DNA of 64,000 nucleotides from Escherichia phage vB_EcoM_ESCO32: sequence record OM386658.1; one strand, 5' to 3'. Shown piece by piece: positions 8,876 to 18,190 of this stretch (position 1 is its first letter; each line of letters starts with the position of its first letter). The notes under the pieces were generated by a model. It saw only the letters and a program-made list of their open reading frames with translations, ran no database searches and was not told where the DNA came from. The position numbers and the translations under genes were made by a program.

Positions 8876-10675
8876 ATGACCCAAAAACTATATGAGGATG
8901 TAATCGGATTCCTCGAACAAACATCCGAAGAATTTACTCGTGAAAATGCAAACAAACCTGCAATGATTGTTAATACTCACCGAGACTTACTAGCAGGTAT
9001 CCTAAGCAAGCACATGGCAATGACCCATATTTTACCGGAAGATCTGGCAGAATGGCATAAGAGTGGGTATGGTCACATTCACGATTTAGATTATTTACTC
9101 TCACCTCTAACTAATTGTTGCCTGGTAAATTACCAAGATATGCTTGAGAACGGTTTCCGTATTGGTAATGCGCATATTGAAAAACCAAAATCTATTGGCG
9201 TAGCAACTACTGTCCTAACTCAAATTATTCAAGCAGTAGCTTCTAGCCAATATGGTGGACAAACTTGTGCACATGTTGATACTGGGCTTAGTCAATACGT
9301 TAAAGCAAGTTTTAATAAAATATATGCCGATGTTGGCGATTATGATATTGCTATGCGTATGGTAGATAAACAGGTCTATGATGCAATGCAAACTTTAATC
9401 TACCAGGTGAACACTCTAATGAGTGTAAATGGTCAGTCACCTTTTATAACAATTAGTTTAGGTTTGGATACCTCTGCTTTTGGTAGAATGATCACTAAAA
9501 ACTACCTAATGGTGCACAAACAAGGATTGGGAAAAGATAGGGTAACTCCTGTGTTTCCTAAAGTTATCTTCTTCTTGGAAGATGGTGTTAACATGAAAGC
9601 TGGCGATCCAAATTATGATTTGAAGCAACTGGCAATGGAGTGTTGTGCTGAACGCATTTATCCTGATTTTATCTCTGTACCTTTAAACAAAGAAGTTACA
9701 GGATCTTCAGATGGTCGCGTTACAAGCATGGGTTGCCGTAGCTTCTTGTCATACTATGCAACAGAGCAAGGTGAAAAATATGATGGTCGTTTCAACTTAG
9801 GCGTAGTTTCTTTAAACTTACCTATCATTGCAGCAGAGTCCCGTGAAAAGGGCATCTTATTTACTGAACTGTTGGAACAACATATGGAGATGGCGTATAA
9901 GGCACATATGCTACGTGTTAACCGTATTAGACATACCAAAGCATCTCAAAACCCTACATTGTTTATGGAAGGGGCTTTAGCTCGACTAGAAGCTAATGAA
10001 GAGATTGGTAAACTATTCGAAGGTGGTTATGCCTCTATTAGTATCGGTTATGTAGGTTTAGCAGAAGCTATGGAGATTTTATACCCAGGTAACACCAATC
10101 CAAAAGCAATGGGTAAAAACATCCTTCAATATATGAAGGATATCTGTGGCACATTTAAAGAACGTTCTGGTTTAGCTTTTAGTTTGTATGGAACACCAGC
10201 AGAATCCTTGTGCTATAAATTTGCCAAAGCATTAAATGATCGCTATCCTGGTTCTATTGATCGTGACTACTTGACAAACTCTTTCCATCAACCTGTGTGG
10301 ATGCACACTACCCCGTTCCAAAAGTGGGATTATGAGGAAGGTTTTGCACAAATCAGTAATGGTGGGAACATAGGTTATGTAGAAACACCAAACCTTAAAA
10401 ATAACTTGCAAGCACTGGAAACTCTTGTAGATTATGCCTACAACAAAATTCCTTATTTTGGCGTGAACCAACCTGTAGATCAGTGTTTCAAATGTGGTTT
10501 TCATGGTGAATTTAAGGCAACAGCTAAAGGCTTCGAGTGTCCAAGTTGTGGCAATCATGAGGAAGAATCTATATCTGTAATCAGAAGAGTGTCAGGATAT
10601 CTTTCTGCCCCTAACTCTCGCCCTTATAATAAAGGTAAAATGCAAGAGGTATTAGAAAGGGAGAAACATTTTTGA
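8876..10675 (+). CDS. nrdD: anaerobic ribonucleoside-triphosphate reductase (class III RNR), NrdD
   Basis: C-terminal Zn-ribbon CFKCGF...CPSCGN followed by the glycyl-radical loop RRVSGYLS; about 600 aa. Start taken as ATG 8876 after ggaggatta RBS (track ORF starts upstream inside the terminator). Confidence 0.85.
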   Translation: MTQKLYEDVIGFLEQTSEEFTRENANKPAMIVNTHRDLLAGILSKHMAMTHILPEDLAEWHKSGYGHIHDLDYLLSPLTNCCLVNYQDMLENGFRIGNAHIEKPKSIGVATTVLTQIIQAVASSQYGGQTCAHVDTGLSQYVKASFNKIYADVGDYDIAMRMVDKQVYDAMQTLIYQVNTLMSVNGQSPFITISLGLDTSAFGRMITKNYLMVHKQGLGKDRVTPVFPKVIFFLEDGVNMKAGDPNYDLKQLAMECCAERIYPDFISVPLNKEVTGSSDGRVTSMGCRSFLSYYATEQGEKYDGRFNLGVVSLNLPIIAAESREKGILFTELLEQHMEMAYKAHMLRVNRIRHTKASQNPTLFMEGALARLEANEEIGKLFEGGYASISIGYVGLAEAMEILYPGNTNPKAMGKNILQYMKDICGTFKERSGLAFSLYGTPAESLCYKFAKALNDRYPGSIDRDYLTNSFHQPVWMHTTPFQKWDYEEGFAQISNGGNIGYVETPNLKNNLQALETLVDYAYNKIPYFGVNQPVDQCFKCGFHGEFKATAKGFECPSCGNHEEESISVIRRVSGYLSAPNSRPYNKGKMQEVLEREKHF

Positions 10676-11142
10676 ATTACGCCGGATATGAACCTGTTGA
10701 CATGCTCAACGGTGACGGTGTAAGATGCTCTTTGTGGGTGAGCGGTTGTAGCCACGGTTGCCGTGGCTGCTTTAACCAGAAAGCCTGGTCGTATAACTAC
10801 GGACAAGAGTTCACTACTGAAACATTAGATCTTATCTTGAAAGATTTATCTCGACCTTTCATTAAAGGATTAACAGTTTTAGGTGGTGAACCTCTTGACA
10901 AAGAGAACATTGACACTGTAGCGTATGTTCTTGAGAAGGTAAGAGATTGTTTTGGAAACAAAAAAGATATTGTCTTATACACAGGATATCTTTTTGAAGA
11001 AATTCCAGAGAAAATTAAAAAACTGGTTGACATAGTGATAGATGGTAAGTATGATATGAATCAACCAACAACGAAACGTTATAGAGGCTCAGATAATCAA
11101 CGAATGTGGGTTAAGAAAGACAACATTTGGGAATCTGACTAA
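10672..11142 (+). CDS. nrdG: anaerobic RNR activating protein (radical SAM), NrdG
   Basis: MNYAGYEPVDMLNGDGVRCSLWVSGCSHGCRGCFNQKAW has the CxxxCxxC radical SAM cluster and N-terminus typical of phage NrdG. TTG start overlaps the nrdD stop (translational coupling). Confidence 0.8.
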   Translation: MNYAGYEPVDMLNGDGVRCSLWVSGCSHGCRGCFNQKAWSYNYGQEFTTETLDLILKDLSRPFIKGLTVLGGEPLDKENIDTVAYVLEKVRDCFGNKKDIVLYTGYLFEEIPEKIKKLVDIVIDGKYDMNQPTTKRYRGSDNQRMWVKKDNIWESD

Positions 11143-11162
11143 ATTAAATAGAGGAGAAAACT

Positions 11163-12323
11163 ATGTTTACAGTATTCGGCAATCAAATCTTCCTGCGTCA
11201 GAAATCTGGTACAGATATTGAAGAAATTCCAGCAGGAACTTTTGGTGTAGGTGTTACTCAAAGTGGTGAGTTCTTCCTGTATCCTAAAAACGATATGGAA
11301 GTGCCTTCAGTAACATACGGTGATACTGATGATAAATCAGAACGTATTATCAAAACGTTCCTTAGCCGCAAAGGTAAAAACACAGGTGTTCTCCTTGAGG
11401 GTACGAAAGGTAGCGGTAAAACTTTGCAAGCTAAAATGCTGTCTTCTGCTCTTCGTGAAATGGGTATTCCTACTATTTCTATCGGCAGTGCTTTTAATGG
11501 CGAAGGTTTTATCAATTTTATGTCTAAAATCACACAACCTGTGATGATTATGATCGATGAATTTGATAAACTGTATGCTGAAAAAGATGCACAAGATGGT
11601 TTGCTTACCCTGTTGGATGGTGTTGGTGGCTACGACAAACTGTTTGTATTGACTAAAAATGATGGTTATGTATCAGAATTTTTGCGTAATCGTCCTAGCC
11701 GTATTTTCTACAGTTTTAGCTATAAGAAACTACCTAAAGCTACTATGGATGATTATCTGGCTAAAAATCTGGAGAACAAAGCCTTCTTACCAGATTTTGA
11801 AACGCTTTATAATCTCTCCGTGGATTTGAACTTTGATATTGTTCAGTCATTAGTAGAAGAACTTAACCGTTACCCTAATGACAAATTCTCTGATGCACTT
11901 GCATTGATGGGTATCAGTATTACTGAACACCGCTATGCTGCAAAAGAGGTTAAACTTCTGAAAGTTAACGGTGTAGATCGTACAGGAGATGTTTCGTCAG
12001 ATACCGATATTGACGGTATGACAGCACAAGGTTTGTTTAGCGGTAATCGTTATGTTGTAGCTGTAGACCATAAACTAGGTGAAGAGCATCTTCCTGAAAT
12101 GGAAGGGATTGTTACCGTAGAAGATAAAGATGAAGAAGGTGACTACTACTGGGGTGTAGACCGTATCTTGCTAACGTATGATGAAAAACACATTCGTACA
12201 ATGGGTGGTGACGGTTATCACTTTATGTTCACCGATGATAAAGGTAACAACATTGAAGTTGTTATTAAAAACAAAGAACGTAAAAACTACACAGAGTATG
12301 TGTTTGGTGGTCGTTCTTACTAA
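11163..12323 (+). CDS. AAA-family ATPase (function unknown)
   Basis: Walker A LLEGTKGSGKT and Walker B-like VMIMIDEFDKL; 386 aa; gaggagaaaact RBS. Confidence 0.5.
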   Translation: MFTVFGNQIFLRQKSGTDIEEIPAGTFGVGVTQSGEFFLYPKNDMEVPSVTYGDTDDKSERIIKTFLSRKGKNTGVLLEGTKGSGKTLQAKMLSSALREMGIPTISIGSAFNGEGFINFMSKITQPVMIMIDEFDKLYAEKDAQDGLLTLLDGVGGYDKLFVLTKNDGYVSEFLRNRPSRIFYSFSYKKLPKATMDDYLAKNLENKAFLPDFETLYNLSVDLNFDIVQSLVEELNRYPNDKFSDALALMGISITEHRYAAKEVKLLKVNGVDRTGDVSSDTDIDGMTAQGLFSGNRYVVAVDHKLGEEHLPEMEGIVTVEDKDEEGDYYWGVDRILLTYDEKHIRTMGGDGYHFMFTDDKGNNIEVVIKNKERKNYTEYVFGGRSY

Positions 12324-12331
12324 GTGATAAA

Positions 12332-12358
12332 AGGAGGCGAAAGCCTCCTTTATTTATA
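12332..12358 (+). terminator. intrinsic terminator
   Basis: aggaggc-gaaa-gcctcct stem-loop followed by ttatttat. Confidence 0.5.
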
Positions 12359-12561
12359 TGGAGGGTATTATGGATCATTATTTTGTTTTTAAAGATAAAG
12401 TTGATACCGCAGGTGGTCACGTTGCTAAAAATGATCGTGACATTAAAGAAGTATTAGGAGATCTGATTAACATTTTAGAACAAAAAGAGTTGCTTTTAGA
12501 TAAGGATATTGCTAGACTTCTGGGTGTGGGGATAAGTGACATACAAAGATTACCATTCTAA
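12358..12561 (+). CDS. hypothetical small protein
   Basis: 67 aa ORF; an alternative in-frame start (MDHYF) lies a few codons in. Confidence 0.3.
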   Translation: MEGIMDHYFVFKDKVDTAGGHVAKNDRDIKEVLGDLINILEQKELLLDKDIARLLGVGISDIQRLPF

Positions 12562-12730
12562 AGGGGAAGAAAATGCTTACAGATGATGAATATAAAGCTA
12601 TCCAGGAAAAACTAACGGAGCTTGAAATTCTTGCTGTCAATATTAAAGATCAATCACATGCTGGAAAGTTACTACAGCAAGAGATCAATAAAATTAAGCA
12701 GATGATATTCTTTTGGACGGAGGATTAAAA

Positions 12731-13387
12731 ATGACTGTTAAGCATATTTCTTTTGATGTATGGAATACTCTTATTACTGCTAATCCTTTGTATGCAGAAG
12801 AACGCAACAAGGTTATTGCCGAGTATGCCTCTTGTTCTGAGGTAGAAGCAACTACCGTATATAAAGAGGTAAAAACTCTCCTGGATTTAAAAGCAGAAAA
12901 AGGTATTTGTGGAACATCTAGGCATGCTTGGGAAACACTTTCTGCTCATTTGAACATTGATCTTGATAAGGTGGATGGGTTAAAAAGAGACTGTTTAGCA
13001 ATGTTTATAAAACATCCTCCAACATTAAACCCTGAACTTTGCAAGAAGTTGGAAGAGCTAAGTTCAACCTATTCTTTGAGTATTAAAAGCAATACTAATT
13101 TTGTACCTGGTAGTTTTTTAGCTGTATATTCTGGCTTGACAAAATTACCATTCGACTTTATGCATTTTTCTGACGAGTTTTGCTTGTGTAAACCAGATCC
13201 TAGGTTTTTTAAACTCTCTTTTGATGAAATGGTAACGTTTGATCTCGCACCAGAGGAGATCTTACACGTTGGAGATAGTTTGATCTATGATGGAAAAGCT
13301 GTTGACATAGGGATGAAGTTCTGTCATATTATTAATCCAGAAGACTTGTTGGCTAAACTTAAAAAAGAGGAACTTATTAATGCGTAA
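12731..13387 (+). CDS. HAD-superfamily hydrolase (phosphatase-like)
   Basis: Motif I-like ISFDVWNTLI (second Asp replaced by Trp); CKPDPRFF (conserved Lys block); VGDSLIYDGKAVD (motif IV-like). Start taken as MTVKH at 12731. Confidence 0.5.
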   Translation: MTVKHISFDVWNTLITANPLYAEERNKVIAEYASCSEVEATTVYKEVKTLLDLKAEKGICGTSRHAWETLSAHLNIDLDKVDGLKRDCLAMFIKHPPTLNPELCKKLEELSSTYSLSIKSNTNFVPGSFLAVYSGLTKLPFDFMHFSDEFCLCKPDPRFFKLSFDEMVTFDLAPEEILHVGDSLIYDGKAVDIGMKFCHIINPEDLLAKLKKEELINA

Positions 13388-14237
13388 TCAAATTCAACAT
13401 TTTGCTAATACTTTTACTAACCTGAAGGAAGCAAAATTTAACATTGCAGATTATTCCAAGCTAAAGTTTGGTAGTAACCAGGCAGCAAAAAGAATGGGGC
13501 GCATTCTGGCTGAAAGTTTCTTTTCCAAGTATGAAGAACGACTGGTAAATGAAAGTTTTGTTGTTATTCCATCTCCATATAACTATGTGAAAAATGCAGC
13601 TACAGTGTTATCTGAACATTTTGTAGATCACCTCAACTACCTAATCTCTATCAAAGGAGGTAAAGCAGTGGAGTGGGATATCGTTCATCGTAAAGTGAGC
13701 TATATCAATGATTATGGATTTCTTAGCAAAGAAGATCGTAAGGCTTTGATCGATGGTGACACTTTCTCTATCAATCGTGATTTCTGGGGTAATAAAACTC
13801 TGATTTTCATTGATGATGTTAATATTACAGGAACGCACGAAGAAAAACTTATTGAAATTTTAGACAAAGAAGGTGTTGAAAACGATACGTTTTTCCTGTA
13901 CTTTGCAAAGTATGAAGGTACAGAAGCCAATACCGAAGCTGCACTTAACTTCAACTATATCAATAACCTGGCAGCTTTTATTAAAATGATTAAACAAGAA
14001 ACTGATGCTAAATGTTTGGTTCGTCCTATTAAGTATCTAATGAGTCAAAGCGAAGTTGATTTTAAAATTGCACTTTCACAGCTTCCTTTGTATTATGTAG
14101 AACAACTGTTCTTTGGTTGCCTTGCAGAAGGCTACAATAACATTGAAAAATATAAAGAGAACTTTGATTTCCTACGTCAATTTTTTGAAAGCAACATTAT
14201 CAACAAATCTAATGTTAAAGGGGATTATTATGTCTAA
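13380..14237 (+). CDS. phosphoribosyltransferase-like protein
   Basis: PRPP-binding loop signature LIFIDDVNITGTHEE (hhhhDDxxTTG-like) about two-thirds into a 285 aa protein; overlaps the upstream stop. Confidence 0.45.
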   Translation: MRNQIQHFANTFTNLKEAKFNIADYSKLKFGSNQAAKRMGRILAESFFSKYEERLVNESFVVIPSPYNYVKNAATVLSEHFVDHLNYLISIKGGKAVEWDIVHRKVSYINDYGFLSKEDRKALIDGDTFSINRDFWGNKTLIFIDDVNITGTHEEKLIEILDKEGVENDTFFLYFAKYEGTEANTEAALNFNYINNLAAFIKMIKQETDAKCLVRPIKYLMSQSEVDFKIALSQLPLYYVEQLFFGCLAEGYNNIEKYKENFDFLRQFFESNIINKSNVKGDYYV

Positions 14238-14946
14238 TAAAGTAATGACTTTCGGAGATCCTATCACCAATATTACAGAAAAAGATTTTGGGCGTGTAGC
14301 AACAGATAAAGATGGTGTCTTAAGAATTCGTGTACAAGGTATTACAGCACAGGATGAATATGCTGTGTATGTTTCAGGTCTTAACTATATTGATGATCGC
14401 ATTACACAAAACTTTGCACTGATCGGTGGTGTAGAGAAAATGTATTGGGAAGATGAAATTGTAACAAGTTATCCGGCAGGTATCATTGAGGTATACGGTG
14501 ATCTTTTAGCAGCAGCCGAGAGAGGCGATATAGACGCTATAGCACACTGCTGTAACTGTTTTTGCACTATGGGTAGTGGTATTGCACCAAAAATTAAAAG
14601 CAAGTGGCCTGGTGCGTTTAAAGCAGATTGTGCCACTAAACGTGGTGATTATAAAAAATTAGGTACGTTTACCAAATATATAGAAAACAATTTGACAATT
14701 TATAATTTATATGGACAATATGGTTATAGTCGTCGTGAGGAAGGTAAGCGTGACCTGAATTATGAAGCTATCTACAATGCGTTAGATAGTATGGGAGACG
14801 ATGTTGTATCTTCAGGCGGTAAAATTGTAGGTTTACCAATGCTTGGTTGTGGTTTGGCTGGAGGTTCTTGGAGTATTGTAAAACTTATGATCGAAGAAAC
14901 TCTAGTAAACAAAGGTTTAAATGTAATTGTTTACAAACTGAAATAA
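14230..14946 (+). CDS. macro-domain protein (TARG1/OARD1-like ADP-ribose hydrolase fold) with unknown N-terminal domain
   Basis: C-terminal 140 aa align by eye to TARG1/OARD1: YGDLLAAAERGDIDAIAHCCNCFCTMGSGIAPKIKSKWPGAF ... GLPMLGCGLAGGSWSIVKLMIEE versus GDLF..D.LAHC.S.DC.MGAGIA..FK.KF / MPRIGCGLD.L.W..V..MIEE. Confidence 0.55.
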   Translation: MSNKVMTFGDPITNITEKDFGRVATDKDGVLRIRVQGITAQDEYAVYVSGLNYIDDRITQNFALIGGVEKMYWEDEIVTSYPAGIIEVYGDLLAAAERGDIDAIAHCCNCFCTMGSGIAPKIKSKWPGAFKADCATKRGDYKKLGTFTKYIENNLTIYNLYGQYGYSRREEGKRDLNYEAIYNALDSMGDDVVSSGGKIVGLPMLGCGLAGGSWSIVKLMIEETLVNKGLNVIVYKLK

Positions 14947-14955
14947 GGAGAAAGT

Positions 14956-15162
14956 ATGGCAGGTGTTTTAGCAGTATTAGGTTGTTTTATTGTTGTGTTT
15001 TTGATTGTGTTAATCCCTAGTTGGCTACTGCTTTTAGCATACAACTATATGATTGACATTATCGGCTTAGACTGGCATCATGTTCCTGTAACGTTTTGGA
15101 GTGTAGTCTGTGTGACGTTCATTCTTGCGGTACTTCGTGGTATCTTTCAATCTAACAAATAA
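14956..15162 (+). CDS. small membrane protein (hypothetical)
   Basis: 68 aa, two hydrophobic helices; aaggagaaagt RBS. Confidence 0.35.
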   Translation: MAGVLAVLGCFIVVFLIVLIPSWLLLLAYNYMIDIIGLDWHHVPVTFWSVVCVTFILAVLRGIFQSNK

Positions 15163-15176
15163 GAGAGGATTTTTAT

Positions 15177-15425
15177 ATGCGTAAAGTAAATGTTGAAGTG
15201 CTTGAAAAATTTAGAAACACTCGTGATTGTACTATCGGCAAGGTTTACGAGGCTATTCTCCTTGAAGATGGAGATCAAGTTCCTGCCCCGTATCACGCCT
15301 TTAATGGTCAAATCAGCAAAGTGGAAGGTGGTCTTGCTATTTGCTTTATTGATGACGTAGGTGATGCTGTAGCTTTCCCTGTCATTAACAAAGAAGATAA
15401 ACTTAAAATTACAGAACTGAACTAG
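15177..15425 (+). CDS. hypothetical protein
   Basis: 82 aa ORF with gagagga RBS. Confidence 0.35.
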   Translation: MRKVNVEVLEKFRNTRDCTIGKVYEAILLEDGDQVPAPYHAFNGQISKVEGGLAICFIDDVGDAVAFPVINKEDKLKITELN

Positions 15426-15454
15426 TTGACTTTCTTTAAAAACAGTTTATAGTA
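15426..15454 (+). promoter_or_regulatory. sigma70-like promoter candidate upstream of the TerC-like gene
   Basis: TTGACT (15426-15431), 16 nt spacer, TATAGT; followed by a GC hairpin at 15466-15484 and the RBS aggagaaaaga. Confidence 0.35.
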
Positions 15455-15502
15455 TAAGACATAGAGCGGAGGATTGTCCTCCGCATTAAAGAGGAGAAAA
15501 GA

Positions 15503-16480
15503 ATGCAACTGGGTTTCCCAATTATTGATGTGGTTGTTTTAGTGGGTATTTTAGTCTTGTCGATTTGTATTGACTTCTTTGGACACAGAGAAAACAAAGA
15601 AATTTCATTTAAATCTGCAATTGGCTGGTCAATTTTCTGGATTGGGGTATCATTAGCCTACTATGGTTTTGTATACTTCCAACACGGTGCTGATTTTGCG
15701 AGCTTGTTCTTGAGTGGGTATGTGTTGGAGAAATCTCTTTCTGTAGATAACTTAGTAGTATTTGTAGCAGTATTCGCAAGTTTTGGTATTAAAAGCACAC
15801 ACTTGCAGCACAAGATTCTACTTTGGGGTATTGCAGGTGCGATTGTCTTCCGAGGTGTGTTTGTAGCAGTAGGTACTTACTTGTTGAGTTTGGGCTGGTA
15901 TGTTAATATCTTCTTCGGTGCTGTCATCCTTTTCTGTGCGGCTAAAATGGTATTCGCTGGAGATAATGATGCAGAAGTTGATTACTCTAAACACTGGGCT
16001 ACTCGCATTGTTCGTAAGCTGTTCCCTGTATCTGATCAGATGGATGGTGAGAAGTTCTTCACAATCAAAAATGGTGTTCGTGTAGCAACTCCGGCTCTGG
16101 TTTGTGTGTTTGTAATGGAAATGGTTGACGTAATCTTTGCAGTAGACTCTGTTCCAGCAGTAATTGCAGTGACACAAGAACCTCTGCTGGTGTTCTCTTC
16201 GATGCTCTGTGCAATCTTAGGTTTACGTGCTCTGTTCTTTGTTCTTAGTGTTGCACTGAAGTATTTGGTTCATCTGGAGAAAGCAGTTATCGTAGTCCTG
16301 GTGTTTGTGGGTGTAAAACTGATGTATCACCCGTTTGCAGAAACTCTGCACGCAAAAGTGAGTTTCCTGCCAGCACACATTGACCCGACGATCAGTATGT
16401 ATATTGTGTTAGGTACTCTTGGGCTGGGTGTTCTTGCAAGTTTAATCTTCCCTGAAAAAGAAGACCAGGCTGTTGCTTAA
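15503..16480 (+). CDS. TerC-family integral membrane protein
   Basis: Multi-pass membrane protein of 325 aa with the TerC-like block GYVLEKSLSVDNLVVFVAVF. Confidence 0.55.
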   Translation: MQLGFPIIDVVVLVGILVLSICIDFFGHRENKEISFKSAIGWSIFWIGVSLAYYGFVYFQHGADFASLFLSGYVLEKSLSVDNLVVFVAVFASFGIKSTHLQHKILLWGIAGAIVFRGVFVAVGTYLLSLGWYVNIFFGAVILFCAAKMVFAGDNDAEVDYSKHWATRIVRKLFPVSDQMDGEKFFTIKNGVRVATPALVCVFVMEMVDVIFAVDSVPAVIAVTQEPLLVFSSMLCAILGLRALFFVLSVALKYLVHLEKAVIVVLVFVGVKLMYHPFAETLHAKVSFLPAHIDPTISMYIVLGTLGLGVLASLIFPEKEDQAVA

Positions 16481-16486
16481 TTCATT

Positions 16487-16508
16487 AAGCCCCTTCGGGG
16501 GCTTTATT
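16487..16508 (+). terminator. intrinsic terminator
   Basis: aagcccc-ttcg-ggggctt followed by tatt. Confidence 0.5.
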
Positions 16509-16712
16509 GAGGTGATCTGATGGTGGTTTTACGTGTTCTTTGGATTCTGTTTGAAAATATTTGTTTTGCTCTAGGGTTGTTTTGTTTGATTTTTATCTTG
16601 ACAACATATATTGATAACCATACAATTACTATCAACAGGAACGGAGAACAGATGTATTGTTTCTCTAGGGATTTTAAAAATTGTGTTGAGATTTTAAATG
16701 AGAGGGTTACAA

Positions 16713-17303
16713 ATGAAAAACATTAAATCTTTTATTGTTGCAGTTGTTTTAGGTAGTGCATTGCTGGTAGGTTGTGATGATTCTGAAAATGTACAAAATC
16801 AACGTTACCAACAAACACCAAATCAGATGGTAGATGAACAATATGTAAATCAGCCTGCACCTCAAGTTGTTCAAGCAGCACCTGCACAACCTTCAACAGT
16901 TGTTGTGCAAGGAGGCGGCAGTGGTTCTTCTGGCGTAGGTGAGTTTGCTACAGGTATGCTTCTTGGTCATATGTTGAGTGGTAATAGTGGCGGTGGTGGT
17001 TATAGAGATGGCGGTAGCAATACAACAATTATCAATAACAACGCTGCTCCTACAACTAATAGTAAAGCATATACAACACAAAAGCATAGGTTTTATGATA
17101 AACAAGGGAATACATATACAACCACTAAACAAAACACAATTAAGCAGCAAAGTGTACAAACGTATTCACGCCCATCAACAACAAAAGTGAATAGTGATTA
17201 CTCTGCTCGTAAGTCTTACTCAAGTCCTATTAGCTCTTATAGTAAGTCTTCGAAAAGTTATTCTTCGTCGAAACGTAGTTTTAGTAGCTCACGTCGTCGT
17301 TAA
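16713..17303 (+). CDS. lipoprotein with Gly-rich and Ser/Tyr/Lys-rich low-complexity tail
   Basis: MKNIKSFIVAVVLGSALLVGC (lipobox LVGC) after gagggtt RBS; then Q/N/P-rich, GGGSGSSG and SYSSSKRSFSSSRRR low-complexity sequence. Confidence 0.45.
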   Translation: MKNIKSFIVAVVLGSALLVGCDDSENVQNQRYQQTPNQMVDEQYVNQPAPQVVQAAPAQPSTVVVQGGGSGSSGVGEFATGMLLGHMLSGNSGGGGYRDGGSNTTIINNNAAPTTNSKAYTTQKHRFYDKQGNTYTTTKQNTIKQQSVQTYSRPSTTKVNSDYSARKSYSSPISSYSKSSKSYSSSKRSFSSSRRR

Positions 17304-17338
17304 TAATTTAATACAGATTAAATAAGAAGGAGAAACAG

Positions 17339-18190
17339 ATGAAACTAGAAGTTGGTAAAGTGTATCGCCTGGAAGGTTGGATCTTTAATCAAGAAATTCT
17401 TGAGAAGAATAAAGATGGTTTTGAGTTTGTTGGTACTACCAAGGAAAGTATGCACAATGACGAATACTGTAAATTCGTTGGTAAAAATACAGGTCAAGAA
17501 CAATTTTGCTTTAAGAGCGCAATCGGTGATTATGCTTCTGTAATGCCAACACCAGAAAAGACTTCGAAGCAATATACTGTCTTTGGTGTAAAACTTGAAG
17601 AACTTGTAGAACACCCACGTTTTGAAGAGTTCAAGGTTGCTGCAATGCGCAAGCATTCTGAAATTAAAATACATAATTTGTTTGATTTAGAAGATCGGTT
17701 TGATATCTTTATGTATGATCGCAGGGAAAAGCATTTTGATGCAACGACTTCAAAATTTGCTGCAACAGAGGATATTAAAATCCTTGATGTTGATACCTTT
17801 CTTGAGAGTGTATCGTTTGTATTCATTCCTAAATACAAAAAACGTAGTGATCATAAACGTGTGAAAGGAACTCCTCGTAAAAAACGTACTGTAAACAAAG
17901 CAACTTTGCACTTCACTTCTGGTGATAAATATACTCTCAAAGGGTTTGAAAGTGTTTTGTATGATGCTGGAACGGGTAATATCAAGTTTATCATTAAGGC
18001 AACCTACAAAGGTACGGTATTGCACGAAGAGGCTGTTACACTACCTGTATTCGATATCTCTCGTGTTGAGGTACGGGGTGTTAAAGAGTCCTTCGATCTG
18101 GATTTCTTAACCGCTAATGATACTGGTTATGTTAATCTGGAAGCAGATGGAGCATTTATTACTACAAATTATTTAGATATGTTTGTTTAA
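17339..18190 (+). CDS. hypothetical protein
   Basis: 283 aa ORF with aaggagaaacag RBS, between the TerC-like and TelA-like genes. Confidence 0.4.
   Translation: MKLEVGKVYRLEGWIFNQEILEKNKDGFEFVGTTKESMHNDEYCKFVGKNTGQEQFCFKSAIGDYASVMPTPEKTSKQYTVFGVKLEELVEHPRFEEFKVAAMRKHSEIKIHNLFDLEDRFDIFMYDRREKHFDATTSKFAATEDIKILDVDTFLESVSFVFIPKYKKRSDHKRVKGTPRKKRTVNKATLHFTSGDKYTLKGFESVLYDAGTGNIKFIIKATYKGTVLHEEAVTLPVFDISRVEVRGVKESFDLDFLTANDTGYVNLEADGAFITTNYLDMFV

Noticed and set aside
8876-10675. Possible group I intron in nrdD, as in T4-like phages
   Set aside because: The ORF is continuous through the Zn-ribbon and glycyl-radical region with no frame break or inserted structured segment.
15818-16177. 119 aa minus-strand ORF inside the TerC-like gene
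   Set aside because: Antisense to a membrane protein gene with clear TerC-like hydrophobic periodicity; Cys/Tyr/Asn-rich translation with no start context.
16893-17190. Overlapping ORFs on both strands within the lipoprotein gene (16893-17159 minus, 16978-17190 plus)
   Set aside because: They fall in the low-complexity region of the lipoprotein gene and have repetitive translations (Cys/Ile/Thr runs), typical of out-of-frame reads of a repetitive coding region.
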